In this document: positions 43,988-61,369 of the stretch, in pieces
How positions within the stretch are numbered: the stretch's first letter is position 1
Layout: every line of letters starts with the position of its first letter
NCBI GenBank assembly: GCA_964016885.1
Contig: CAXHJY010000976.1
Location: 1 to 64,000 of the forward strand
Direction of reading: 5' to 3'
Origin: Eledone cirrhosa
Lineage: Eukaryota
Length of the DNA: 64,000 bases
The notes under the pieces: generated by a model
Databases searched by the model: none
The model's input: the letters and a program-made list of their open reading frames with translations, nothing else
Told to the model about the DNA's origin: nothing
Position numbers and translations under genes: made by a program

Positions 43988-44332
43988 GTAAATATAGTTG
44001 ACAGTTGAGATTTGATTGGTTGATTTTGTAAGCTATATATGAGTGTTGTGTATGTTTTTTTTTGTTTTTTTTGAATACATACATTGTATCTCTGTGTTGT
44101 AACATGTGACTAAAAACAAAGGATGGCATCAAGAAGGATATCCAGCTGTAAAAAATTGCCTGAAAATGAACCTCATGATAGGTATAATACTTATCATTGG
44201 GCCTGCAAAGCTAACCTTTGCTTTAATAAGTAAGTTGACCTTAAAATGCTAGATGTTGTGTAAGCCATACATAGATCACTGAGGCTTAACTTTAAGGCAT
44301 GTCTGCAATGATATTGATAACAATAATAATAA

Positions 44333-45158
44333 TTGTTTCTACTTTTGGCACAAGGCCAGCAAATACCCAGTGCATTACTGGTACTTTATTTTATCGACCT
44401 CGTAAGGATGAAAGGCAAAGTTAACCTCGGCGGGATTTTAACTCAGATCATAAAGGGCCGTAACTCTTTGTTGCAAAGCATGACGTCTGACCCTCTACCG
44501 ATACTGCCAATTCACCGCCCTAACATTAATAATAACAATAATAATAATGGTTTCTGATTCAGTCACATGGCCAACAATTTTTTGAGCGGTGTGGGGAGTC
44601 GATTAAATCGACCCCAGTGCATAGCTGGTATTTTATTTTATCGACCCCATAAGGATGAAAGGCAAAGCTAACCTCAGTTGGATTTGAACTCAATCAAAAT
44701 GTAAAGAGTCATTACTATATGCTGTAAAGCATGTTGTCTGACATTGTACTGATACTGCCAATCCACTACCTATAATAATAATAATGTTTCTATTTTTGGC
44801 TAAAGGCCAGCAATTACCACAGTGTATTACTGGTGCTTTATTTTATCGACCCTGTAAGGATGAAAGACAAAGTTAATCTGGCAGGATTTGAACTCAGAAC
44901 GCAAAGAGCCATAACTCTATGCTGCAAAACATAGTGTCTGACGCTCTACCGATACTGCCAATCCACCAAATTATTATTATGGCAGTATCGGTAGAGGGTC
45001 GGACGCTATGATTTTCAGCATAGAGTTACGGCCCTTTACGTTCTGAGTTCAAATCCCACCGAGGTTAGCTTTGCCTTCCTTAAGAACTCGATAAAATAAA
45101 GTACCAGTAATGCACTGTGATAATTTCTGGTCTTGTGCCAAAATTAGAAACAATTATT
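44333..45158. mobile_element. Cluster of four SINEs (three on -, one on +)
   Basis: Copies at ~44333-44520, 44548-44770, 44785-44968 (-) and 44980-45158 (+), separated by (AAT)n tails. Confidence 0.82.
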
Positions 45159-45287
45159 ATTTCTTTAATAATAATTGTGATAATAGTATATTTTTAAAGT
45201 ACCCCTTCTTCAAATGAGACATTAAACAGTATTTTCTTCTCACTTGTAATCTTCTGAGTTCCATATTTTCAATGTTTGTTATTTCAG

Positions 45288-45373
45288 GTGGAATGTAAGC
45301 TGCAAGAATTAATCAATAAACACCAAAGAATTCCTGGCAGTATTTTACAGAGTTTGTTGGACAGAGTTGTTAA
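45288..45373 (+). CDS. TMEM68: TMEM68 coding exon 8
   Basis: VECKLQELINKHQRIPGSILQSLLDRVV; gtgagt donor, or unspliced AAG TGA stop at 45375-45377. Confidence 0.9.
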
Positions 45374-45941
45374 GTGAGTATATATACACACATACATACC
45401 TCAACATCGATATACACATCCTATATCCATAACCATGCACCTACATACCTATGCTTATACATCTACATTTAGATCTATGCACCTACATTTATGCATATAT
45501 CTATATCTACATCCACGTACCTACATCCATGCTACTACACATCTACAATTACCTATTTTTATACCTACACAGACCTGCATCTATACCCATATCCATGCAC
45601 CTATATATCTACACACCTACATCAACACCAACACACATACATACAAACATACATCAACATACATACACACCCACATACCTATAGATACACTTACATCTAC
45701 ATACCTACATTTACCCAACCCTACACTGTCACACATACCCATCTATATACCTACACATCAACGCATCTACACCTACATTTACGCACATGCATCTACATAT
45801 CTACAAACCTGCATCTTTACATACACATACACCCCTATTCACACCTACACTGTTCCCCATTTTACATACATACACCTTTTATACCCCTATATAGCCAGCT
45901 ACCCTTCACCCACCAATATATTCTCCATTGTCTATTTTCAG

Positions 45942-45963
45942 GAGGAAACCCAAACAGTCATGA
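45942..45963 (+). CDS. TMEM68: TMEM68 probable last coding exon (KRKPKQS*)
   Basis: ttttcag acceptor, phase 2 matches exon 8, TGA at 45961. Confidence 0.65.
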
Positions 45964-46495
45964 CAGAACTACACACATTTTAATGGAGATTTACTAAATT
46001 CCTGGGACCCTGCTTACTGCTGTTCTATGATGATGATGATGGTGATAAGATTGATGGTAGTGATGGCGATGATAATGAGGGCAATGTTGATGCTGGTAGT
46101 GGCAATGGTGATGATCAAGGTGGTGGTGGTGACAATTGTGATGACAATGATGACAGATGATGAGAACAATGGTGATGGTGGTGATGGTGACAGTAGTGAG
46201 GATGGTGCTGATATTGGTGATGGTGATGATGATGGTAGTGATGATGGCCAACACATTTCTGTACTGCTGCTACATTCATTTAAAATTTGTTTCTCCCTAC
46301 CCATCCCCTCTTGCCTCCCTCTCCCTCTCTCCCCTCATCTTGCTGCATTCTACCTGAGATGTGTATAGGATGTTTGTGTATGATATCTGTGTGTGTAGAC
46401 ATACTAAACAACTAACCACAATGTCCAATCCTTTCTTCCCAGAACATTATTCTTCTGAAACTCCTGTACATCTTGCAGTTATCAACTTGTGAACA

Positions 46496-48075
46496 TTAAC
46501 CCTTTTGATACCATATTTCTAATAAGAGACTGTCTGTAACTTTCAGTTATTGAAAGTAATCAAGAATATAGAAAGATTTAGTAAAATAATTTTCTTTTTG
46601 TTAACCCTTTCATTACTATATTTCTAATGAGAGACAGAACCTAAGATTTTCTAATGATTTTGAAAATAATCAAGAGTTCTAAGAGATTTAAATAATATAA
46701 CCTACTTTTTCGATATTAAGTTGGTGTTTAAAACATAACTTCACAAAGGTTTCTTAAATAAAGTTATAACAGAATCCTTTTAATATAAGTATGAACATTT
46801 TGAAATGGGCAGTGTTTTTATAAAAATCAAGTATGATTTCATGTAGTTTGGTATCAAAACAATTAAGGGCATCAATTTAAATGGTTTCTGAGCTCCTCCA
46901 GACCAACCATGTAAAATATCTTTCTATTTCTCTCTCACTCATTTACCCTCTCTTTCATTCACTTTGTTTCTCTCTCTCTCTCTTTATTAATTACCATATT
47001 TCTATTGAAATACTTCCGCTATGATTTTCAAGTAATCTAGACAAAGGAGAGATTTAATAATATAACTAATGAACTAACTTTCTCATTACTAATTTGGTGC
47101 TTGGAACATAACTTAGCAAATACTCTCACATAGAATAATGATAGAATGGTTTTAGATAAATAAACAGATTTGTATAATAAAATTAAGGGTAGTTTTAAGC
47201 AGTTTGGAACATAAAATGTTTCTCATATAAAATTATGATGGAAGGTTTTTAGCTAGATATAAACAATTTCCAATAAACAGGTTTTTTATCATAGAAATGG
47301 GACAAACCCATCTAACCCATGCTAGTGTCGAAGATGGAAGTTAAACGATGATGATGATGATGAAACAGAGGCAGTTTCAGTTGGTTTGGTATCCAAATGG
47401 TTAAGCTAGTATTTGGCACATGACTTAATAAAGGTTCTTACATAAAATTATGCTGGAAGGTGTTTCAGATAAACACTTTAAAATAAAAAAGCTTTGTATC
47501 ATATAACAAGCAGTGGTTTAGTATCAAAGGGGTGTTGGGAACATAACTAAGGTTCTTACTTAAAATCATGCTGGAAGGCTTTTAGATATACTTTAAAATG
47601 AACATCTTTGTATCATAGAACTAGGGTGCATTTAAGGGGTTTGGTATTAAAAGGGTTAAGCTAGTGTTTGGAACATAACTCAACAAAAGGTATTTTTAAA
47701 AATAAATATTAATACTCTAAGTTAAACAGCTTTGTATCATAGGACCAGGGACAGCTTCAGGTGATTTGTTATCAAAAATGTTAAGTTAGTGTATGGAACA
47801 TAACTTAACAAAGGTTCTTACTTCAAATTATGATACAAGGTTTTTAGATAAATATAAACACTTTAAAATAAAATGTTTTGAATTATAGAATGGGTGTGGG
47901 GGTCATATCAAAAAGGTTATGTTGTTGTTTGGAACCGAACTTAACAAAAGTTCTTACTTAAAATTATGATGGAAAGTTTTTAGATAAAAATAAACACTTT
48001 AATATATACAGTTTTGTATCATAGAACCAGGGGTGGTTTGGTATCAAAATAATTAAGGGCATCAACCTCAGTGGT
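46496..48075. repeat. Degenerate ~120-150-bp tandem repeats derived from a TTAA-CCCTTT MITE end, downstream of the TMEM68 stop
   Basis: Recurring ttggtatcaaaagggttaagctagtgtttggaacataacttaacaaaggttcttac. Confidence 0.6.
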
Positions 48076-49199
48076 CTCCAAGTTCTGCCAAAAAAATCTC
48101 TTAATTTCCTCTTGTTTTCATTTACTCTCTCTCTTGCACTCATTTCTTATCACTTTCTCTCATACACACAACACACACTGCCTCACAAACTCACCATTCC
48201 TGTTTCTCAAGCATTCTGTCTCATAACTCATCCACCATCTCTCATTTTCCCACCATCCTTCAACATTCTCACCCTTTTGTTCCTCTCAATACCACTCAAG
48301 TTGATCCCCAATCAATCAGTCCCAGCCCATCTTCCTCAGAATAAAAAGACTTAATACAATACCCTAACAATCAACCAAACTTTTTATGTGAGATAAACCA
48401 GTCTATATTATATTTATTGGGGAGGTGGTGGACTGATACATTTTATCTATATTGGTAGTGGTGCTGGGAGGGGGACGATGACCAATTTAGTCCAATTTAT
48501 TTTTACTTTTGTTTTGTGTTTTTTAAATTAAATTTGTTTATCCCCCCCACCTGATGCTTTTTTTTTTCCGCCTTTCTTTGCTGCCGTTGGAATCTTCTTT
48601 TGTTTCATTCTTCCCTCTATATAGTCTTCCTCTCCACTTTTCCCATCCCTCTAATTCTCGTTCTCCTCCAACCATTATTCCCTCTCCACCATATTCTATT
48701 TAAATATTAAATTACGAAAATATGTAACCAAAAATTTATTTTCAGGATAAAAGAAATTACCAAAGATGAAATTTATGAACTTATGTCTGTCTGTCTACCT
48801 GTATCTCTCTCTGTGTCAGGAGTCTCTGTCCCTCATCACTCTCAGCTTTTCTTCTCTCTCTCTCTCTCTTTCGTATATATATATATATATAATGTCTCTG
48901 TAAACATGCACACTCAAATGTGTATGCCATTTGTCATTGTCTCTCATTCTCTGTTTCTTGTGTATCTGCAAATCAAGCTTATATGATGGTGGTACTCCAA
49001 CAAGGCTACAGCCGGATACTGGAACTAATAAAATCATAAAAAGCAAAACAGTACATACATATTTAATGTCTCTGGTAGTTTTAATATTCTTCTTTGATGC
49101 TAAACTCCGCCAGTTGCAGACTGCGCATCAACATGAGATATTTTTCTCCACAAAGTTTGCTCACCAACAGCAGACTTCAAAGAGCAAAGATCAAGTCCA

Positions 49200-49662
49200 G
49201 TCCATAGGTTGACATTATCAAGCCATCATTCTGGCTGCCAGCCTCTGTTTCTCTTACCAGCCAACCTTCCTTCTAGGCATAACCTACTCACACCATGAGT
49301 TGATCTTTTTATGACTGTATAGTTTGAGTACTTTTGACTTGACAATTGATGTAATTGGTCTAAGTCTGGTAATATTGAGCAGCTCACTGATACAGATATG
49401 GTCGCTGAGCTGCTTGCCAGTCATAAGGCTCATGATGTGGTTCTGGAATGTAGAAAGCTTCTGAAGTGACCTTGACGTCCAATTAACACAGTCAATGAAA
49501 TGGTCATTGCGCAGTATCACATCATTCTAGGTTGGGCAGCTTTCAACAAGAACAAGGAAGTACTAACATCAAAACGAGTTTCCTATCATTTGAAAGCTAA
49601 GAGCTTCGATACTTACATCCTACCAGTTGTGTTATATGGTCTTGACTGTTTTAATTGGACAA
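49200..49662 (-). mobile_element. Old LINE RT C-terminal fragment with a 5' inversion
   Basis: + strand GWAAF...FDTYILPVVLYGLDCFNWT and - strand DCVNWTSRSLQKLSTFQNHIM...LCLEGRLAGKRNRG are contiguous parts of one RT. Confidence 0.75.
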
Positions 49663-52271
49663 GTTTTTATATATATATGTATGGATGAGTTATATATCTT
49701 CTCTCTCACCTCTCTTTACATTATTATGGTTCATACACGTAACATTCATTACGCTATCTTACGTCTCAAGGTATAAAGGCAGCAAACGCCTGTGGACTGT
49801 ATACAACAATACAAAATGCATATAACAGATCCACGGTCCTAATCTTTCATCAGTCGTAGAGCCATGTTGTCTGAACGATATTTCGGGGTGATATCCCTTG
49901 TGAAAAGGAAACAAAACCAGGCCACTATATTAATTCATAGTCCAAGGGAGGCGACTCTGAACTCTACAGAGGAAGCCAATTTACTCGGGTCATTCTCGCA
50001 ACATTCACCCACCTCTTAACAAATATACTGGGAGGGGAGCAGCACTTACATCCCCATCTTCACTTTCCTTTCTAACTTGAACTTGAAGAAGGCTTGGCCG
50101 AAGAGGAATACATCTATTCTTTCAGTCGTGTCCACCACACAACCTCTTTCGCAGAGGAAAACTGTCTGCACTTCTTGGCAAAAAGAAAGCAGCGAGGCGA
50201 TCTTTACGATGGAGTCAGTCGATCCACCCCACGGGCAACAATAGCTGTTCGACAAAACTCCCTAAGTCAGCAATGCTCGGAGACTGGACGATTGTATGCA
50301 GAGGGTTTCATCGCAGTGCGTGCATATCGGTTAGGTCTGATAGCCCTTCCAGCCAGTAGAGTTTATTTCGAGCCGGCCTATAGAAATTATCTATAGGCCC
50401 GGGTGTTTGTAGTCGTTTAGGGCTGTTATCGCGCTTTTGCAGCACATGGCAGGAGATCGAAATAGGAACTATAGTCTGCCACCATCTCCGTACCCCGCTT
50501 TCTCCGAACAATTTTACAAAAGTTCCGCTGGAAAAACCGCATACATCTGCTTGTAATCGAGATTCACGTGCCTATTTTGGTCCGTCAAAAACTGAATCGA
50601 GGCTTTATTCCCACGCTGCGCCTTTGCCACACGTGCCCTTCGAACAGCTTTCATTCCTTCGAGCCTTGGTGCAGACAACGCGACCTTCGTGTTTCGCATT
50701 GAGGAAATGGGCTAGAGCCGTTCTTGCAGCCTCCGGTTGCTGTTGGAGATCGGGTGGTTCGACGTCCATATCTGGCTGGAGTTCCTTTGGGAATCCCCTT
50801 TAAAAGCCTACTCGTGACTTTTATATTAAGGGTTCCCACATCGTGGGAGGAAGCTCTCCCTAATGTTTTTTTGTAATTTTATAGTGACATAGTACCATTA
50901 TTAACAGTTTGTGGCACTTTAAAAATGCTTGTGCCGAAAATCTCCTCCCCCTTCAATATCTTTACTTTGAGCTACGAGAACCCTCAATTCTTTGTTGTCC
51001 TTCCTCACTAGCACGAAGTTTGGTGTGTGTGTGGTTGGTTGTTGTGTATGTTTTAGTTTTCTGGGTAATTGTAGTTATGGTAGTGTTGGTGGTTCTGGTG
51101 ATTGCATTGACGGTTGTGGTGTTGGTGGGTTTGGTGTTGTAGATGTATCTGAATTTGTTGTGGGTGTGTTTTCTGAAGTCTGTGTTGGTGTGAAACAAGA
51201 TGGGTTTTCGTGTTTACTTTTTTTGAGGTGTGTGGGGAGGCACCCTCATCTTCACTTCGAGATGAGGCGATACCAGTGTCTGCGGAAGCTAATCCCTGAT
51301 ATGGGTGAGAGTGTGTTTGTGTAAGTGTTTATGAGTGTGTCTGTGTTTAGAGGTGGAGAGTTTTGTTGGAAGACACCCTGCGTGTTTTTCACGTCTGGTG
51401 TTGGTGCTTCTACTGCTACAGGTGTTCGTGCTTAGGGATTAGAATTGTGAACAATAACAAAGTGACACAACTGCAAGGTATCTTTCATCTAGTGTTCTAA
51501 TGATTTGTAGCCTATAGGCTTCTACAACATCACCAGTAATAACAACAACAACAGTGTTCATAATATTTTCACAACTTTATTATATCACAATAGATTGGAC
51601 CAGTGAAATGCCATGAGTGTTGTAGTTAGTTATCGTTTGGCGTTCGTTTATCTATTTTTACAAGAAGCTCGAAGTGAACTCCATTTCTAAGATGTTAACC
51701 GACAGATATTACAATACTTTCTCCTGAATAGGGTACCATTCTGTCGCAGAGATAGCCCCTAGTCGCTGTTGTTGTTGGTACTCATTTGTTTCAGCTTAGT
51801 AAACTGGAGCAACTTGAAATGATGTTTTGCTAAAACACGTCACCCTGTCTGAGAATCAAACGCATGGCCACTCAATCGTGAGTCCGACAATGTAACCACT
51901 AGGACAGACGGCTTCACAATTTTTGGAATAATTAAGGGATAGATCAGCTGTTTGTCGTGGAAATCTCTGGCGAGTAGGGCGAGACGATATTTCAAGTGTT
52001 GACTTAACGCCGTTTAATATTAATTCTTTTGTTTGTACACCAGGACGCACGCGCACACATATATATACATGTGTGTTTATATGTGTATGTATATGTACAT
52101 ATATATACACATATTTTTCTTTTTTAATAGAATATAAGTTTTAGCTCAGAATCACTGCTCTCACTTTCTTCATGGATGTTCGGAAACTGAGATATTCTAA
52201 AATCTGTGTACGCAGATATAAACATTTCAAAGTACTACAGACAAACATCATATTCGAAACTGCGAAGGGTA

Positions 52272-52314
52272 ACTATCGACGATCGTTTCTAACTCTGGTC
52301 GTTATCAAGACAGT
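52272..52314 (-). ncRNA. Variant minimal hammerhead with U3-A8 core; inverted copy at 52470-52512 (+)
   Basis: actgtc-TTGATAA-c-gac-caga-gtt-a-GAAA-cgatcg-TC-gatagt; 6-bp stem I, palindromic stem III, GUC triplet. Confidence 0.6.
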
Positions 52315-52650
52315 GCTCCCCTTACTCTGCTCTCTGCTTGGAATTCAATATAGGCGAAACCATATATGAGGGTATTCAGACCATGTACATAGGCGACAAA
52401 ACTATATGTTTTTCGCGTATATTGAATTCCAGCGGTGTCTCTGGTCTTTATCAAGACAGTGAACAGGGCACTGTCTTGATAAAGACCAGAGTCAGAAACG
52501 ATTGTCGGTATTTACCCTCCCTTGCTTCTCTTGGAATTCGCTTGATGGCGGTATGTCATCAGCTCCCGAAATTGGTTAACATATTGTATCTCATTAGATA
52601 TACAAAATACACTTATTTGTATAGAATTATGTTGGAGCAAACACCTTAAT

Positions 52651-52683
<33 letters not shown>

Positions 52684-52770
52684 ATTGGAAAAGAGACAGG
52701 AGCCCGATGGCTGAGTTCCGGCAGCTAGATCCGAACTAAGCCAGCTGTTTCTTACCACAATTCCTTTGGT

Positions 52771-53443
<673 letters not shown>

Positions 53444-53498
53444 GCGGCGATGAATTAGTTTTGCGAGGTTTTTTATATGAAATCGTGTGTCGAAACAG

Positions 53499-53936
53499 AT
53501 ATTGTTATATTTGGGGAGGGTCATATTTGCGTAATATTGCCAGAATTAATAACAGAACACACTCACTGTTTGGTTGGTTTTCGCTTCTCGCTGTCTTTTA
53601 TATATATATATCTGCGATCTAACTTACTCAAAAAAAAAAATGGCGTAGACATACAACACAACAGGAGGAACAATGAATATAACACCACTGACGATGTTGC
53701 AGATGTGCAACGAAAGATTTATGTAAACTATATATATATGTGTTTGTCTATATTGTATCTGTATTATTTTTGACCGCCGGTCAGTCAATGGCAACATTGA
53801 GGACCGAGTAAGTTAGATCGCAGATATATATATATAAAAGACAGCGAGAAGCGAAAACCAACCAAACAGTGAGTGTGTTCTGTTATTAATTCTGGCAATA
53901 TTACGCAAATATGACCCTCCCCAAATATAACAATAT
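53499..53936. repeat. ~130-bp inverted repeat enclosing a hammerhead-like core
   Basis: 53499-53629 is the reverse complement of 53806-53936. Confidence 0.85.
53686..53723 (+). ncRNA. Hammerhead core with truncated stem I
   Basis: ca-CTGACGA-t-gttgca-gatg-tgcaac-GAAA-gatt-TA-tg. Confidence 0.55.
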
Positions 53937-58696
<4,760 letters not shown>

Positions 58697-58825
58697 AAAG
58701 TTATATTTAAAATTGTTGGGTTACAACTAGTAAATATTTATAACTGATATAAAAGCACTCGACAAATATTTGGAGTATATTTACAATATTAAATAAATGG
58801 AAAACTATATTTATAAAACCATATT

Positions 58826-58891
58826 TATTTCATTATATATATTTCGGGGATATCATATTAACAATATGCTATGCCTTCATCAGACAAAATA
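58826..58891 (-). ncRNA. Minimal type I hammerhead in an inverted duplication (58782-59101)
   Basis: tattttgt-CTGATGA-a-stem II (catatt/aatatg core)-GAAA-tatata-TA-atgaaata; the + strand copy at 59020-59070 has lost its 3' arm. Confidence 0.65.
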
Positions 58892-59099
58892 CAATATAAA
58901 CAGTTTTATAGATAAATATATTCGACATGCCGTAATAAACATCAACTTCATTTGAAGAGGTTTACGCTAGCAGTCCTATAAAACTATAAAACTATTTATC
59001 TATAAAACTGTTTATATTGTATTTTGTCTGATGAAGGCATAGCATATTGTTAATATGATATCCCCGAAATAAATATAGTTTTCCATTTATTTAATATTG

Positions 59100-59172
<73 letters not shown>

Positions 59173-59444
59173 GTATGTATATATATGTATATATATATAT
59201 ATATGTGCATGCTACTGTACGTCTGTATACATATATGTATGTACGTATACATGCATACTTACATTTAAGTAAGTGCCATACTAAGAGTGAGAAATGAAAT
59301 TTCGTTTTCATTTTGTTTCAATTTATCGTTTTCGGTATGCCTTACCGATTTAACTCACTCAATATGCAAATTAGGCTGCTCAGCCGTTAATTTTCATAAG
59401 GAAAGTATATACTTTCGAACGTTCAAATATCTGGCAGATGGGTA

Positions 59445-59489
59445 AACGGTGCTGATGATAGCTAACAAGCTTGAAACTAGTACATCGTT
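59445..59489 (+). ncRNA. Minimal type I hammerhead ribozyme, copy 1
   Basis: aacggtg-CTGATGA-t-agct-aaca-agct-t-GAAA-ctag-TA^catcgtt. Confidence 0.85.
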
Positions 59490-59904
59490 CCTGTGTCAGT
59501 GTTGAACAAAAAGGTGACGTGGTTGCCTTAACACCGTATGGCATAAATTCAGGCTGTTCAGTTTGTTTACAAACGAACAAAGCGACGTTATAATAAGCGC
59601 CGCTAAACTGATACGTGCATATATGTATGTGTACCTGTATGCATATGTATATATATATATATATGTGCATGCTACTGTACGTCTGTATACATATATGTAT
59701 GTACGTATACATGCATACTTACATTTAAGTAAGTGCCATACTAAGAGTGAGAAATGAAATTTCGTTTTCATTTTGTTTCAATTTATCGTTTTCGGTATGC
59801 CTGACCGATTTAACTCACTCAATATGCAAATTAGGCTGCTCAGCCGTTAATTTTCATAAGGAAAGTATATACTTTCGAACGTTCAACTATCTGGCAGATG
59901 GGTA

Positions 59905-59949
59905 AACGGTGCTGATGATAGCTAACAAGCTTGAAACTAGTACATCGTT
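59905..59949 (+). ncRNA. Hammerhead copy 2
   Basis: Identical to copy 1. Confidence 0.85.
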
Positions 59950-60378
59950 CCTGTGTCAGTGTTGAACAAAAAGGTGACGTGGTTGCCTTAACACCGTATG
60001 GCATAAATTCAGGCTGTTCAGTTTGTTTACAAGCGAACAAAGCGACGTTATAATAAGCGCCGCTAAACTGATACGTGCATATATGTATGTGTACCTGTAT
60101 GCATATGTATGTATATATATGTATATATATATATATATGTGCATGCTACTGTACGTCTGTATACATATATGTATGTACGTATACATGCATACTTACATTT
60201 AAGTAAGTGCCATACTAAGAGTGAGAAATGAAATTTCGTTTTCATTTTGTTTCAATTTATCGTTTTCGGTTTGCCTTACCGATTTAACTCACTCAATATG
60301 CAAATTAGGCTGCTCAGCCGTTAATTTTCATAAGGAGAGTATATACTTTCGAACGTTCAACTATCTGGCAGATGGGTA

Positions 60379-60423
60379 AACGGTGCTGATGATAGCTAAC
60401 AAGCTTGAAACTAGTACATCGTT
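60379..60423 (+). ncRNA. Hammerhead copy 3
   Basis: Identical to copy 1. Confidence 0.85.
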
Positions 60424-60850
60424 CCTGTGTCAGTGTTGAACAAAAAGGTGACGTGGTTGCCTTAACACCGTATGGCATAAATTCAGGCTGTTCAGTTTGT
60501 TTACAAACGAACAAAGCGACGTTATAATAAGCGCCGCTAAACTGATACGTGCATATATGTATGTGTACCTGTATGCATATGTATATATATATGTATATAT
60601 ATATATATATGTGCATGCTACTGTACGTCTGTATACATATATGTATGTACGTATACATGCATACTTACATTTAAGTAAGTGCCATACTAAGAGTGAGAAA
60701 TGAAATTTCGTTTTCATTTTGTTTCAATTTATCGTTTTCGGTATGCCTGACCGATTTAACTCACTCAATATGCAAATTAGGCTGCTCAGCCGTTAATTTT
60801 CATAAGGAAAGTATATACTTTCGAACGTTCAACTATCTGGCAGATGGGTA

Positions 60851-60895
60851 AACGGTGCTGATGATAGCTAACAAGCTTGAAACTAGTACATCGTT
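60851..60895 (+). ncRNA. Hammerhead copy 4
   Basis: Identical to copy 1. Confidence 0.85.
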
Positions 60896-61324
60896 CCTGT
60901 GTCAGTGTTGAACAAAAAGGTGACGTGGTTGCCTTAACACCGTATGGCATAAATTCAGGCTGTTCAGTTTGTTTACAAGCGAACAAAGCGACGTTATAAT
61001 AAGCGCCGCTAAACTGATACGTGCATATATGTATGTGTACCTGTATGCATATGTATGTATATATATGTATATATATATATATATGTGCATGCTACTGTAC
61101 GTCTGTATACATATATGTATGTACGTATACATGCATACTTACATTTAAGTAAGTGCCATACTAAGAGTGAGAAATGAAATTTCGTTTTCATTTTGTTTCA
61201 ATTTATCGTTTTCGGTTTGCCTTACCGATTTAACTCACTCAATATGCAAATTAGGCTGCTCAGCCGTTAATTTTCATAAGGAGAGTATATACTTTCGAAC
61301 GTTCAACTATCTGGCAGATGGGTA

Positions 61325-61369
61325 AACGGTGCTGATGATAGCTAACAAGCTTGAAACTAGTACATCGTT
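61325..61369 (+). ncRNA. Hammerhead copy 5
   Basis: Identical to copy 1. Confidence 0.85.

Noticed and set aside
45435-46368. His/Thr/Tyr-rich and Met/Val/Asp-rich ORFs
   Set aside because: Low-complexity (TACA)n and (GAT/GGT)n sequence in the TMEM68 intron and 3' UTR
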